This document shows, in pieces, positions 24,510 to 34,375 of a DNA stretch of 64,000 bases; position 1 is the first letter of the stretch; the number at the start of each line of letters is the position of its first letter. Location: positions 83,806 through 147,805 of the forward strand of contig CAZJVE010000001.1 in NCBI GenBank assembly GCA_964549685.1, given 5' to 3'. The notes under the pieces are model-generated. The model was not told the origin of the DNA. It ran no database searches and saw only the letters and a program-made list of their open reading frames with translations. Source of the DNA: an uncultured archaeon. GTDB taxonomy: Archaea > Altiarchaeota > Altiarchaeia > IMC4 > QMZM01. The position numbers and the translations under genes are program-made.

Positions 24510-25356
24510 GGCTCTCCAGAAATAGTTTGGTATAGTCCTTTCTTCCGGCTTTTTTTGCCTTCTCCTTGAAGCCGTTGTCCCTTGCCAGCCTCTGGATTGT
24601 CTTCCATGAGCCGGAGCCGTACTGGGCCGCCTTCTTTCTTCTGTTTATGATTGGGCCTGGAACGCCGAGCTCCTTTGCGAGGAGCCGGAGGATGTATTTC
24701 CGGATGAATTTTTCGTCATCGATGCATGTGAATTCACCGGAATTTTTTATTTCGTGGATTTTCAGGTCCATTGGAATGTTCATTGAATAATTTTTGAATC
24801 CCTCGTCCAGGAACGGGGCCCTCAACTCGATGCCGTTCTCCTTACAAATTGCGATGTCGTTGTTGAGCTGCTCCGTATGGATATTTTCGATGTCTTTCTT
24901 CATCATCTCCTCGACTTGGGTGTAGTCGGGGAGCGGCTCGAGGTAGCGGTTATAGCCGCCGAAGAGCTCGTCGGCGCCCTGGCCGCAGAGCATTGTGGTA
25001 AGGCTGTCTTCCCTCGCCTCTTTGGAAGCAAAGTGGAAGGGGACTGCGACAGAGACCTTCACGGGGTTGATATCATTGATTGCGGATACAATATGGGATA
25101 GAGAATTCTCAATCTTCTCCGGAGTCAATTCTATATTTTTTACATTAAAGCCCAAATCCTTTGCGTCCCTTGCATATTCGAGGTCGTGGGAGCCCGGAAT
25201 TCCGCAGGAGTATGCAGTAACATTCGAGAACTCTGATGCCAGGATTGCAACTATAGTGGAATCAACTCCGCCGGAGAATACAATGCCTATATTGGAATCA
25301 CAATCCTTTTCTACAGCCAAAGTTAGCAGTTCCCTCAGTCTTTCTACGTGCTCCAT
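24481..25356 (-). CDS. Asparagine synthase C-terminal (synthetase) domain protein
   Basis: FSGGVDS, GQGADELFGGY, RAPFLD, RKKAAQYGSG; no glutaminase domain. Confidence 0.85.
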   Translation of the reverse strand: MEHVERLRELLTLAVEKDCDSNIGIVFSGGVDSTIVAILASEFSNVTAYSCGIPGSHDLEYARDAKDLGFNVKNIELTPEKIENSLSHIVSAINDINPVKVSVAVPFHFASKEAREDSLTTMLCGQGADELFGGYNRYLEPLPDYTQVEEMMKKDIENIHTEQLNNDIAICKENGIELRAPFLDEGFKNYSMNIPMDLKIHEIKNSGEFTCIDDEKFIRKYILRLLAKELGVPGPIINRRKKAAQYGSGSWKTIQRLARDNGFKEKAKKAGRKDYTKLFLESLKSQPREPP

Positions 25357-25393
25357 ACCCTAATAATTAGGGAATTAAGAAAGAAGATTCCCT

Positions 25394-26998
25394 TTAACCG
25401 AGAATCTCCTCCATCACGCCCTGCTCGACCTCGTCGACCAGGGGGATTCCGGTAACCGTCTTTGCCCTGTCCGTCAGGGATGCGATGTCGTTCCTGTCAA
25501 GGAGCTCCAGATTCCACTTCCTGGCCCCTGCCATCATCTGCTTCATACCCACTCCAAGCCTGTCAACAAAGTAGGAGTAAAGGCCGACTGCGGGCCATGG
25601 GAGCTTCTTTGCGTCTTTGCCAAAGCTGTCCTCTAAGTCTATGGTTGCTATGAAGAACTGCTCCGGCCTGTTTCCGTATAATGAGACGAAATTCTTGGGT
25701 AGTTTATTCTCCTTTGCCAACTCGACATAGTTCTTTGACTTCATCACTGCCGTTAAAGGCGCTCTGGCCATTCCTATGGTCTTTACGTAGGGGCCGTCAC
25801 CGAAGTTGCTCAGGGCTATGGACTTGAACATCTGGGTCTCATTTACAAATGAGCCGGCCATGCATATGTCAGGGATGTGTTTGCCTTTTTTCTTAAGGAT
25901 TTCAAGGCCCTTGAGAACCTGCGCCTGCAGATATACGGTGGGGGTGGAGGCCTCGTTCATCATCGGAACGGGGGACATTCCGGTTCCTCCTCCTGCGCCG
26001 TCAAAGGTTAGTAAATCTATCTTGGCCTCGGATGCAAGCTTCAGCGTAAGGGCGACCACCGCAGGCCTGTAAGCCCCGGTCTTGAGGAAGACCTTCTTTG
26101 CTCCCTGCTCCCTGAGCCAGTCTATGTCCTCGAGGAAAGCCTGGGAGTCTACCATGCCAACCCGGGAGTGCCTCTCAAATGACTCGAATACCTTGTTCCT
26201 GAAGGCCTCCTGGACGTGGGGGTCCTCTGGGTCTGGATGGACAACGTAGCCTCTCTTCTTCAGGAGTATCGCCCTGTCCAGGTCGAATATCCTTACTTCT
26301 CCTCCTATGGCCTTGGCTCCCTGGCCCCACTTCCTCTCTATGACATTGACCTCAAGCTTTGAGAGCGCATAGACATCGACTCCTCCTCGTTGATCTTCGA
26401 CGTTCGTCTGTACAACGATATCTCCATGTTTACCGTCCCAGAATTCCCGGTACTTCTTGACCCGGTATTCCATGTCTGCTGATTTTATGACCTTGCCCTT
26501 GGAGTCGTACTCTGAGTCGGAGTCCATGCCGCAGACGTTCTCTCCTATGACCTGGATTGTTCCGGAGATTGCTGCTCCGACCGCAAGACCGTCCCAGTTT
26601 CTCTTCGCAACCTCTGTTGAGCCAAGTCCGGCTAGAATTACAGGCACCTTTAGAGGTATTCCTCCCGCGGAGGTATTAATATCCACGTTTGTGAAGAGCG
26701 CCTTGTCGGAATCCGGCTCGATTCCCGCCGTGCCTCTGACATCGACCATTATCTGGAAGTGCGACCAGTCAAGCCCGTAGTCCTTGTTTGAAGAAGCGGT
26801 GCTCTTTCCGAATTCGCCGGGGTCAGGGTATAGAACCTCTCTACCCCTGAAGGCTGACTTTCCTATTTCACAAAGAATCTGACAGTCCTCTGTGCATATG
26901 GGACACATCCCGCTCTGGGGGTTCATGTCCTTCTTTCTAAGATTCGTTCCGGTTGTAGACCTTGCATTTGCGTAAATATCTGCCATTTTCAAACCCAT
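25394..26998 (-). CDS. FMN-binding glutamate synthase-family protein
   Basis: CxxCxxxC N-terminus, KWGQGAK, LKTGAY, DGAGGGTGMSP. Confidence 0.88.
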   Translation of the reverse strand: MGLKMADIYANARSTTGTNLRKKDMNPQSGMCPICTEDCQILCEIGKSAFRGREVLYPDPGEFGKSTASSNKDYGLDWSHFQIMVDVRGTAGIEPDSDKALFTNVDINTSAGGIPLKVPVILAGLGSTEVAKRNWDGLAVGAAISGTIQVIGENVCGMDSDSEYDSKGKVIKSADMEYRVKKYREFWDGKHGDIVVQTNVEDQRGGVDVYALSKLEVNVIERKWGQGAKAIGGEVRIFDLDRAILLKKRGYVVHPDPEDPHVQEAFRNKVFESFERHSRVGMVDSQAFLEDIDWLREQGAKKVFLKTGAYRPAVVALTLKLASEAKIDLLTFDGAGGGTGMSPVPMMNEASTPTVYLQAQVLKGLEILKKKGKHIPDICMAGSFVNETQMFKSIALSNFGDGPYVKTIGMARAPLTAVMKSKNYVELAKENKLPKNFVSLYGNRPEQFFIATIDLEDSFGKDAKKLPWPAVGLYSYFVDRLGVGMKQMMAGARKWNLELLDRNDIASLTDRAKTVTGIPLVDEVEQGVMEEILG

Positions 26999-27069
26999 AG
27001 CTATTTAAATCTCTTCTTTAAATAACGTTGGTTTTACTTTTAAACTAAAAATACAGTATATATTAAAAG

Positions 27070-27603
27070 ATGAAACTGACTAGGAACGAAAGGAGGGTTC
27101 TAAAGTTTCTGATAGAGAATGGAAGGACTCAGGACGCAGAAATTGCAAGGGAATTAAAGATAACGCCGCAGGCCGTTGGCAAGATTAGGAGGAAGCTTGA
27201 AGAAGCCGGTGCCATAAAGGGTTACTCGGCCGTTATAGACTACGGAAAAATGGGTATAAACGTGCTTGCAATAGTCCTTTTCAAGTTCAGACCGGGGGCA
27301 AGAAAGAATTTGAATGAAAATGACATAGCCGAGAGAATGAAGGGGGCCCACATTATCAATTTCTACAGGGTCCCTGAGGGCGATGTCACCCATATAGTGA
27401 CCTACGGCTTCAGAACCCTGGAGGAGCTGGATAATTATTTCCACGTCCTGCAGACGGAGAGAGGCCATATAAGCGATATAAGGAAGCTCTACATCCTCTC
27501 GTCAAAGAGCGTAAGGAAGAATTCCGACCAGGAGCTATTGAAAAAGGTCATAGACGAGGTGGGGCATGAGACGCTTGCGAGGCCCCTGTCACCCAAGGTA
27601 TAA
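27070..27603 (+). CDS. Lrp/AsnC-like regulator
   Basis: LTRNERRVLKFLIENGR...ITPQAVGKIRRKLEEAGAIKGY. Confidence 0.85.
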   Translation: MKLTRNERRVLKFLIENGRTQDAEIARELKITPQAVGKIRRKLEEAGAIKGYSAVIDYGKMGINVLAIVLFKFRPGARKNLNENDIAERMKGAHIINFYRVPEGDVTHIVTYGFRTLEELDNYFHVLQTERGHISDIRKLYILSSKSVRKNSDQELLKKVIDEVGHETLARPLSPKV

Positions 27604-27623
27604 TCATAGCGTACTGTCTAGAC

Positions 27624-28034
27624 CTAATGAAACACGCCAAAATCCAGCAGCAGCGCAATGGCTATCGCGACTATCGAGAATGCAGAGATTATCATGTAGT
27701 TCAACCGTTCCTTTGATATGCTCACGCTCCAGAGGACGTATTTCAGGGCTTTGAGTACTTCTGGGTCCATGGCTGTGCAGCAGTCAATCTGGTTGAGGAG
27801 GTCTAGCTTCTTTATTAACCTGTATCTTCTCTGTGCTATCTGGTATCTGTGCATGAAGAATATGAGATATCCAATAATGCCGAAATACCAGAAGAATTTA
27901 GCCAGAAGGGGATAGTAGTGGTTTGCAATGAGTATGGCACGCAGGGAAAAGGCGGATAGTATGCCCAGGAAGAAGTAGGCCTGAATCATGAAGCTGCTAG
28001 AGCCAACCGGAATCTCTATTTTTTGTTCCATCAT
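27624..28034 (-). CDS. Membrane protein of unknown function
   Basis: Three hydrophobic segments; start overlaps the guaA stop. Confidence 0.7.
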   Translation of the reverse strand: MMEQKIEIPVGSSSFMIQAYFFLGILSAFSLRAILIANHYYPLLAKFFWYFGIIGYLIFFMHRYQIAQRRYRLIKKLDLLNQIDCCTAMDPEVLKALKYVLWSVSISKERLNYMIISAFSIVAIAIALLLDFGVFH

Positions 28035-29554
28035 TCCCACTCAATGGTTCCGGGAGGCTTGTGCGTGAGGTCATAGACGACCCGGTTTACCTGGGGGATT
28101 TCGTTTGTGATTCTGGTTGAAATCTTCTCAAGGATGTCATAGGGAATCCTCGCGAAGTTTGCTGTCATTCCGTCCCTGCTCTGGACTATCCTGAGGGCTA
28201 TCGTATTCTTGTAGGTCCTGACGTCTCCCTGCACCCCTACGCTCTTTACAGGCAATAAAACAGCGAAGGACTGCCATAATTCCATATCGAGTTTTGCCCT
28301 CCTTATCTCATCGTTCGTTATTGCATCCGCTTCTCTTACGATTTCGGTTCTCTCTGGAGTTATGTCGCCTATAATCCTTATGGCAAGGGCGGGTCCCGGG
28401 AATGGCATTCTCTCCGCTATGTCGCTGGGGAGGCCGAGTTTTTTCGCCACGGCCCTGACCTCGTCCTTGTATAGGTCCATGAGGGGTTCGACTATGTCAA
28501 GGTTCAGTTTGCTTGGAAGCCCCCCAACGTTGTGGTGGCTCTTGATGGTGCATGCATGCTGGGTGCCTGACTCAATCCTGTCTGGATATATGGTGCCCTG
28601 GACAAGAACCTCGGCATTGATTTCCTTCGCTGCCTCCTCGAAGACCCTGATAAAGTTTTCGCCGATTATCTTTCTCTTCTTCTCGGGGTCTTCCACTCCC
28701 TTGAGGGCACTGAAGAACCTGTCACTTGCGTCGATAATCCTGAGGTTTAGGTTGAACTTATTGAATACCTTCTCAATCTGCTTGGCTTCGTTCTTTCTCA
28801 TTAAGCCAGTGTCAACGAAAACGGATATAAGGTTCTTTTGAATTGCCTTTGCTGTCAGGATTGCTGCGGCGCTTGAGTCTACACCGCCGCTCAGGGCTAT
28901 GACCGCCTTTCTGTTGCCTACCTTTTCCTTAATATCCCTGACGGAGGCTTCGATGAAGTCCTCCATCCTCCAGTTAGGCTTTGCACCGCAGATATCGATT
29001 ACAAAATTCTCAAGTATCTTCATTCCGTTTTCGGTATGAACGACTTCCGGGTGCCATTGAAGGCCGTAGGTGTTTTTTGTTTTGTGCTTGTAGGCAGCTA
29101 CTGGGGAATTCTGCGTGTGGGCAAGAATTTCATAGTCATCAGAGATTTGGGTTACGGTATCTGAATGGCTCATCCAGGCTTTCTCTTTTTTATTCAGGCC
29201 CTTGAGAATTCCCTCCGGCTTGTCGATGGTTGCCTGGGTAATTCCGAATTCCTTTTTTCCTGCTGATTCTACCTTGCCGCCCGTTGAGTGTGCTATGAGC
29301 TGGTGTCCATAGCAAATGCCGAGAATTCCCAGGTCCAGATTCAGGATGTCCTTGTCGAATTTTATCTTGTCAGAATAGACACTTTGGGGGCCTCCCGAGA
29401 TGATGATGCCCTTTACGTTGTCACGGTCCTTAATCTCCTTTGCCGTGATCTCGGGCGAGACGATTTCGGAATAGACATTGAGTTCCCTAATCCTTCTGGC
29501 GATTAGATGGCAGTACTGCCCCCCAAAGTCTAGGACTAGGATGCAGTCGGTCAT
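28031..29554 (-). CDS. guaA: GMP synthase (glutamine-hydrolysing, fused)
   Basis: LDFGGQY, GICYG, HPEV, SGGVDS, IKSHHNVGGL, KPPGTIEWE. Confidence 0.97.
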   Translation of the reverse strand: MTDCILVLDFGGQYCHLIARRIRELNVYSEIVSPEITAKEIKDRDNVKGIIISGGPQSVYSDKIKFDKDILNLDLGILGICYGHQLIAHSTGGKVESAGKKEFGITQATIDKPEGILKGLNKKEKAWMSHSDTVTQISDDYEILAHTQNSPVAAYKHKTKNTYGLQWHPEVVHTENGMKILENFVIDICGAKPNWRMEDFIEASVRDIKEKVGNRKAVIALSGGVDSSAAAILTAKAIQKNLISVFVDTGLMRKNEAKQIEKVFNKFNLNLRIIDASDRFFSALKGVEDPEKKRKIIGENFIRVFEEAAKEINAEVLVQGTIYPDRIESGTQHACTIKSHHNVGGLPSKLNLDIVEPLMDLYKDEVRAVAKKLGLPSDIAERMPFPGPALAIRIIGDITPERTEIVREADAITNDEIRRAKLDMELWQSFAVLLPVKSVGVQGDVRTYKNTIALRIVQSRDGMTANFARIPYDILEKISTRITNEIPQVNRVVYDLTHKPPGTIEWE

Positions 29555-30636
29555 TTCAAAATCTTGATGAATTCGTCGAATAGGTAGTAGCTGTCGTGAG
29601 GGCCTGGGTTTGCCTCGGGGTGGTACTGGACGGCCATTACCGGGAGTTCCTCGTGCATGACGCCCTCGACGCTCTGGTCGTTCAGGTTTATGTGAGATAT
29701 ATCGAGAGTGTCCTTTATTGATTCTGCATCAACGGCAAAGCCGTGGTTCTGCGCAGTTATGTATACTCTGCCAGTCTTCATGTCCTTGACCGGCTGGTTG
29801 GAGCCGCGATGGCCGAACTTCAGCTTGTACGTCTTGGCCCCGAAGGCAAGGGATATGAGCTGAACACCGAGGCAGATTCCAAATAGTGGGAGCCTCTCCT
29901 TGACTAGGTTCTCAATGGTCTTTATCACATAGTCATACCTCTCGGGGTCACCGGGTCCGTTCGTTACTACTATGCCGTCGGGCTCATGCTCCAGAATCTT
30001 TTCTGCCGGGGTTTTTGCAGGGAACTGGATGACATTAATCCCCCTCTCCAGGATATGCTTTATTATGCTGGACTTCGTCCCGCAGTCTATCATTGCCAGT
30101 GTCTTTTTGCCCTTGGCGTCGTGCTTCTTTGTCTTCTTTATCGAGACCAGGTCGACTAGGTCAAGGTCAGAGATGTTCTTCAGTTTCCCTGCCCTCTCCT
30201 TCAGTTCCTCGAGCTCCTTGTCTTCATATGGGTATTTGAGAATTCCGTTCATGACGCCGTGGATTCTGATTTTTCTTGTTAAGAAACGTGTGTCTACCCC
30301 GTGTATTCCGGGGACGTCGTACTCCTTCAGGAACGCATCCAGGTCAGATGTCAGCTTACCGTGGCTCGGTTTCTGTGTCAATTCCCTCACTATGAAACCC
30401 TCCGCCTTTATCCCGTCGGATTCAAAATCCTCCTTGTTTATGCCGTAGTTGCCAACAAGAGGATAGGTCATCATAAGAATCTGGTACTTGTAGGATGGGT
30501 CGGTCAATGCTTCCTGGTAGCCGGTCATGGATGTGTTGAAAACAACCTCCCCCTCTGCCGTGTCCTTGGCTCCGAAACCGGTTCCCTTCAGGACTGTACC
30601 GTCCTGTAAGACTATCGCAGCGTTATTTTTATCCAT
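29551..30636 (-). CDS. carA: Carbamoyl-phosphate synthase small subunit
   Basis: GEVVFNTSMTGYQEALTDPSY, NGPGDP, GICLG, QNHGFAV, QYHPEA. Confidence 0.97.
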   Translation of the reverse strand: MDKNNAAIVLQDGTVLKGTGFGAKDTAEGEVVFNTSMTGYQEALTDPSYKYQILMMTYPLVGNYGINKEDFESDGIKAEGFIVRELTQKPSHGKLTSDLDAFLKEYDVPGIHGVDTRFLTRKIRIHGVMNGILKYPYEDKELEELKERAGKLKNISDLDLVDLVSIKKTKKHDAKGKKTLAMIDCGTKSSIIKHILERGINVIQFPAKTPAEKILEHEPDGIVVTNGPGDPERYDYVIKTIENLVKERLPLFGICLGVQLISLAFGAKTYKLKFGHRGSNQPVKDMKTGRVYITAQNHGFAVDAESIKDTLDISHINLNDQSVEGVMHEELPVMAVQYHPEANPGPHDSYYLFDEFIKILK

Positions 30637-30799
30637 TATTAAAACGATTATAGAATGAGATAATAAGATATGCGGTTACAGATAGAATCGGTCTATGCGC
30701 CAGCAGGGGCGTTGAAACATCTTCTGCCCCGCTATTTATATAGATTCCTCTTAAATTAGATAAATCCAAAATAGCCTATATAGCCTAAATAGATTTAAG

Positions 30800-31720
30800 A
30801 TGGAACTCAGGAAGATTCAGCTTACAGGAGAAACGACCTTTATTGTTTCGTTGCCCAAGAAATGGGTCACCAAGAACAATCTGGTAAAGGGAGATATTGT
30901 AGCAATCTTGGAAAAGGAGGACGAGCTGGTTATCAGGCCGAAGAGTGAGAAGGGTTATGTTACTGAGATAAAGATAAAGCCTGAAAGCGACCTGGAGCTG
31001 ATAAAGAGGCTCATTATCACAAGGTATATTCAGGGGTACGACGGAATCTTCGTTACATCAAAGAAGCACATATCGCAGGACTTCAGAAAGGGTCTGGAAG
31101 GGGTGCCCATGTTTCTTATAGGGCTTGAACCCTTTGGTGGAAGCTCCAACGAAATTACATTTAGAATGCTGACCAAGGAAAAGGCCGAAATCATTGAGTC
31201 TGTCAGCAGGATGCACGAGATATCAGTCACGTCATTGAATGAGCTGATGGATCAGATAGACCTTGGCAAATATGAGAAGGACGTGCTTAATGGAATAATA
31301 ATGAGAGATAATGATGTAGATAAATTCTACTTCCTTATCCTGAGACAGCTGTCCTCGAGGTCGGGAAGAGAGGTAATTCCATTGATACAGATTATAAAGA
31401 GTATAGAGAGGATTTCAGACCACGTAGAGAGGATAGCGCGGTTGATGATAGAGAGGGGGAGAATCAATAAGAAGGACGTCGTCCAGTATAAAAGGTTGAT
31501 TGAGCTATATAATGATGCCATGCTTGCCCTGAGGTCTGAAAACATACATATAGCAAATGAGGTCATAAAGGATGTCAGGAGGATGAGGGAGGACGATGAG
31601 ATTCTGCTGGACAAGCTCCTGCAGAAAAAGACCGGCGGCTCCCTCCTCATACTCGAGAGTTTCAAGAGGATTGGCGAATACATATCCGACATTGCGGAGG
31701 CGGTAATTAATCTATCATAG
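30800..31720 (+). CDS. phoU: Archaeal phosphate uptake regulator (AbrB-like N-terminus plus PhoU domains)
   Basis: RKIQLTGETTFIVSLPKKWV; DNDVDKFYFLILRQ; IERISDH; KRIGEY. Confidence 0.88.
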   Translation: MELRKIQLTGETTFIVSLPKKWVTKNNLVKGDIVAILEKEDELVIRPKSEKGYVTEIKIKPESDLELIKRLIITRYIQGYDGIFVTSKKHISQDFRKGLEGVPMFLIGLEPFGGSSNEITFRMLTKEKAEIIESVSRMHEISVTSLNELMDQIDLGKYEKDVLNGIIMRDNDVDKFYFLILRQLSSRSGREVIPLIQIIKSIERISDHVERIARLMIERGRINKKDVVQYKRLIELYNDAMLALRSENIHIANEVIKDVRRMREDDEILLDKLLQKKTGGSLLILESFKRIGEYISDIAEAVINLS

Positions 31721-31722
31721 AA

Positions 31723-32622
31723 ATGTACGATTTGGTTATAATAGGCGCGGGCCCGGCAGGAATCTCTGCTGGAATCTATGCAGTAAGGCGCAACCTGAAG
31801 ACGGTAATTCTGGAAAAGGCCTCTGTCGGGGGGCAGATGCTTTTAACAAATGACATAGAGAACTGGCCCGGCTTTGAGATGATTTCGGGTTCCGACTTGG
31901 CCAAGAGGATGGAGTCCCATGCAAAAAAGCTTGGGGTTGAGATTAAGACGGGGGAGGTTATAGGCATGTCCCTGGACGGGGATGTGAAGAAGCTGACCAC
32001 AAGGGATGGAGAATACGAAACCAAAGCCATCATAATCGCAAGCGGCGGGCAGCACAGAAAGCTTGGAATCAAGGGCGAGGATGAATTCGCCGGGAAGGGA
32101 GTGAGTTACTGTGCCACCTGCGATGCCCCGTTCTTCAAGGGCAAGGCCGTTGCCGTTGTGGGGGGAGGAAATATTGCCGCAGAGGATGCGCTCTATCTGA
32201 GCGAGATTGCATCGAAGGTCTATCTGATTCACAGGAAGGAATCCCTCAGGGCGGAGGAGGCCATTCAAAAGAGGCTGAAGGAGAAGGGGGTTGAGTTTAT
32301 TCTCAATGCAGAGGTTGAGGAGATTTCAGGGGAGACCTTTGTGAATAGCATCAAGCTGAAGGATGGGAAAAGCATCGAGGTGAATGGGATCTTCATATCC
32401 ATTGGGATTGTCCCCAGCACGACCATGGCAAAGGCAGCAGGAGTCGAGCTGGATAAGAAGGGCTATGTGAAGGTCAACAGGGAGCAGGAAACTAATGTCC
32501 AGGGAGTCTTTGCAGCGGGGGATGTTACAGGGGGAGTGATGCAGATTTCAACAGCAGTTGGAGAGGGGTGCATCGCTGCCCTCTCAGCCTATAGGTATGT
32601 GAAGAAGCCGTACTGGGGTTAG
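31723..32622 (+). CDS. trxB: Thioredoxin reductase
   Basis: GAGPAG, GVSYCATCD, GGGNIA, FAAGD. Confidence 0.95.
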   Translation: MYDLVIIGAGPAGISAGIYAVRRNLKTVILEKASVGGQMLLTNDIENWPGFEMISGSDLAKRMESHAKKLGVEIKTGEVIGMSLDGDVKKLTTRDGEYETKAIIIASGGQHRKLGIKGEDEFAGKGVSYCATCDAPFFKGKAVAVVGGGNIAAEDALYLSEIASKVYLIHRKESLRAEEAIQKRLKEKGVEFILNAEVEEISGETFVNSIKLKDGKSIEVNGIFISIGIVPSTTMAKAAGVELDKKGYVKVNREQETNVQGVFAAGDVTGGVMQISTAVGEGCIAALSAYRYVKKPYWG

Positions 32623-32645
32623 AAAATTATTAGTATGCACCTCGC

Positions 32646-33689
32646 CTATTGTTGTATAACTCTGTAAATCCTCGATTCCGAATAGCTGGTAAGGGTGAAT
32701 GGAATCTCCGGGTCTACTACGATTATGTCGTTCTCCTTACACATGAGGGTTTTGTCACCGGCAGTTACCTTTAACTCACCATCCACCACATACATGTAGC
32801 GTGCTGACTCATCCAGGAAATCCACCTGGCCACCATTTTTTATCTTTAGTATCTCTAACTGGTAACTGTAGTGCTTGTCCTTTATGTTATGGATTTTAAC
32901 GCTATGATTTCTGTCCTTTTTTGTTTCATGGGCCTTAATGGAGCTACCGCTTCCTTCCCTGCTCTTTCCATCATAATAATCGGCTTTCCATTTCAGTATG
33001 GATGGCTTTGATTTTACGCTTATGTTTTTGTTAATAAACGCGTTAGGGTTTTCCAGTCTATGAATTGTTTCAGATTCGAAATATGCAATTTCTTCGCTTT
33101 TTATATTAAATTCGTTTCTCAAACCCTTATGTTTATACACTCCCTGGATTTCTGCACCAAGATTCAGGGAATATTCGCTTTGTGGATGGTGATGAAATAG
33201 CTGGACGTGATTGCGTGGCATGAAGGCTATAGTTACTGAGATGTCCATCTCACTCGATGGCTTTGTATGCAACCCCCAGCCCTTTCTCAGTTCTTTAACT
33301 CCATTCGCATTAATCGCATACCTGTTAGGTAGACTATCCCATCTGAGAACGTCTATTGGTGGCTTCGTCTGCATGATGGGATTTTCTCTCAGTATCTGCT
33401 CCCCAATACTCTGTATCTTAACCAGTTTATTCCGAGCACTATCTATTTTTTTATCTCTATCATACTTGAGTAACTCAGAAATCATAAGCTGGCAATTTTC
33501 CGTAAAGTGTCTTGCTATCCTTGCTCTTCGGTGGGTGTCCTCTTTCTTTACCTCACCTCTCCTAAGACCTTTAATCTCTCCTATTAATTTATCCATAACC
33601 CACTTTTCCTTCTCCAGTCTATCAAGAAATTTTGCTACATCCTCAAAGGACTTTATGTCCTTCTTTCTGTAAAGTTCGTCGTATCTCAT
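32646..33689 (-). CDS. Cupin-domain protein (probably two cupins) with helical N-terminus
   Basis: FHHHPQSEY...IHRLEN metal-type cupin; second cupin YMYVVDGELKV. Confidence 0.7.
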   Translation of the reverse strand: MRYDELYRKKDIKSFEDVAKFLDRLEKEKWVMDKLIGEIKGLRRGEVKKEDTHRRARIARHFTENCQLMISELLKYDRDKKIDSARNKLVKIQSIGEQILRENPIMQTKPPIDVLRWDSLPNRYAINANGVKELRKGWGLHTKPSSEMDISVTIAFMPRNHVQLFHHHPQSEYSLNLGAEIQGVYKHKGLRNEFNIKSEEIAYFESETIHRLENPNAFINKNISVKSKPSILKWKADYYDGKSREGSGSSIKAHETKKDRNHSVKIHNIKDKHYSYQLEILKIKNGGQVDFLDESARYMYVVDGELKVTAGDKTLMCKENDIIVVDPEIPFTLTSYSESRIYRVIQQ

Positions 33690-33770
33690 CTTGGCAGTAT
33701 ATCTACATATGACTAGCTGAATAAGAAAGCATGCGTCTAAATGGGATTTAAACCCTTCGGTTAGCCAGCC

Positions 33771-34346
33771 CTACCCCTTCAGCGTCTCGCAGATTTTCAG
33801 TGCCAGGTTTTCTACCGTTTTCATGCCGGTTTCGTCCTGAAGGGCATCGCCGGGGTTTCTTCCGACTGCTATGCCACCGAAGTGGGCAGTTGTTTTGTCA
33901 GCAACGACAATCATCTCGTGGAGGAGCATCCAGTTTCGTATCTGGTTGGTGGTGAACTCCTGGCCTCCGTTTCTGCTGCCGCCGATTGCTATTGCGCCGC
34001 CAAGCTTTCCTGACAGTTGGTATTTGTTTCTCCGCAGTGGCAGGGTCCTGTCGAAGAGGGCCTTGAGTCTGCTGGAGACGGAAGCAAAGTAGGTGGGAGA
34101 GCCGATGATTACTGCATTGGAATTCTTCATTTTTTCTAGAATTTCAAAAACATCATCGTCGATGACGCATTTATGTGGTGGTTCTTTGCATGCATCACAA
34201 TGAGTACAGAATTCTATTTTTTTATTTGATAAGGATATGAATTCAGTCTCATGGCCGTTATCCTTGCAGACCTCCAGCGCCTTCTTTACAAGGAGGTCGG
34301 TATTTCCCTCGTTTCTGTGCGAGCCCGATATCCCGAGGATTTTCAT
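33771..34346 (-). CDS. Iron-sulfur flavoprotein (Isf)/multimeric flavodoxin family
   Basis: GSHRNEGNT, CTHCDAC...C, GSPTYF, RNGGQE. Confidence 0.92.
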   Translation of the reverse strand: MKILGISGSHRNEGNTDLLVKKALEVCKDNGHETEFISLSNKKIEFCTHCDACKEPPHKCVIDDDVFEILEKMKNSNAVIIGSPTYFASVSSRLKALFDRTLPLRRNKYQLSGKLGGAIAIGGSRNGGQEFTTNQIRNWMLLHEMIVVADKTTAHFGGIAVGRNPGDALQDETGMKTVENLALKICETLKG

Positions 34347-34375
34347 ATTAGAAAATTGGATTTCATAGATATATC

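Noticed and set aside
25370-25392. GGAA...TTCC as an NrpR operator
   Set aside because: Spacing is longer than the required 6 nt
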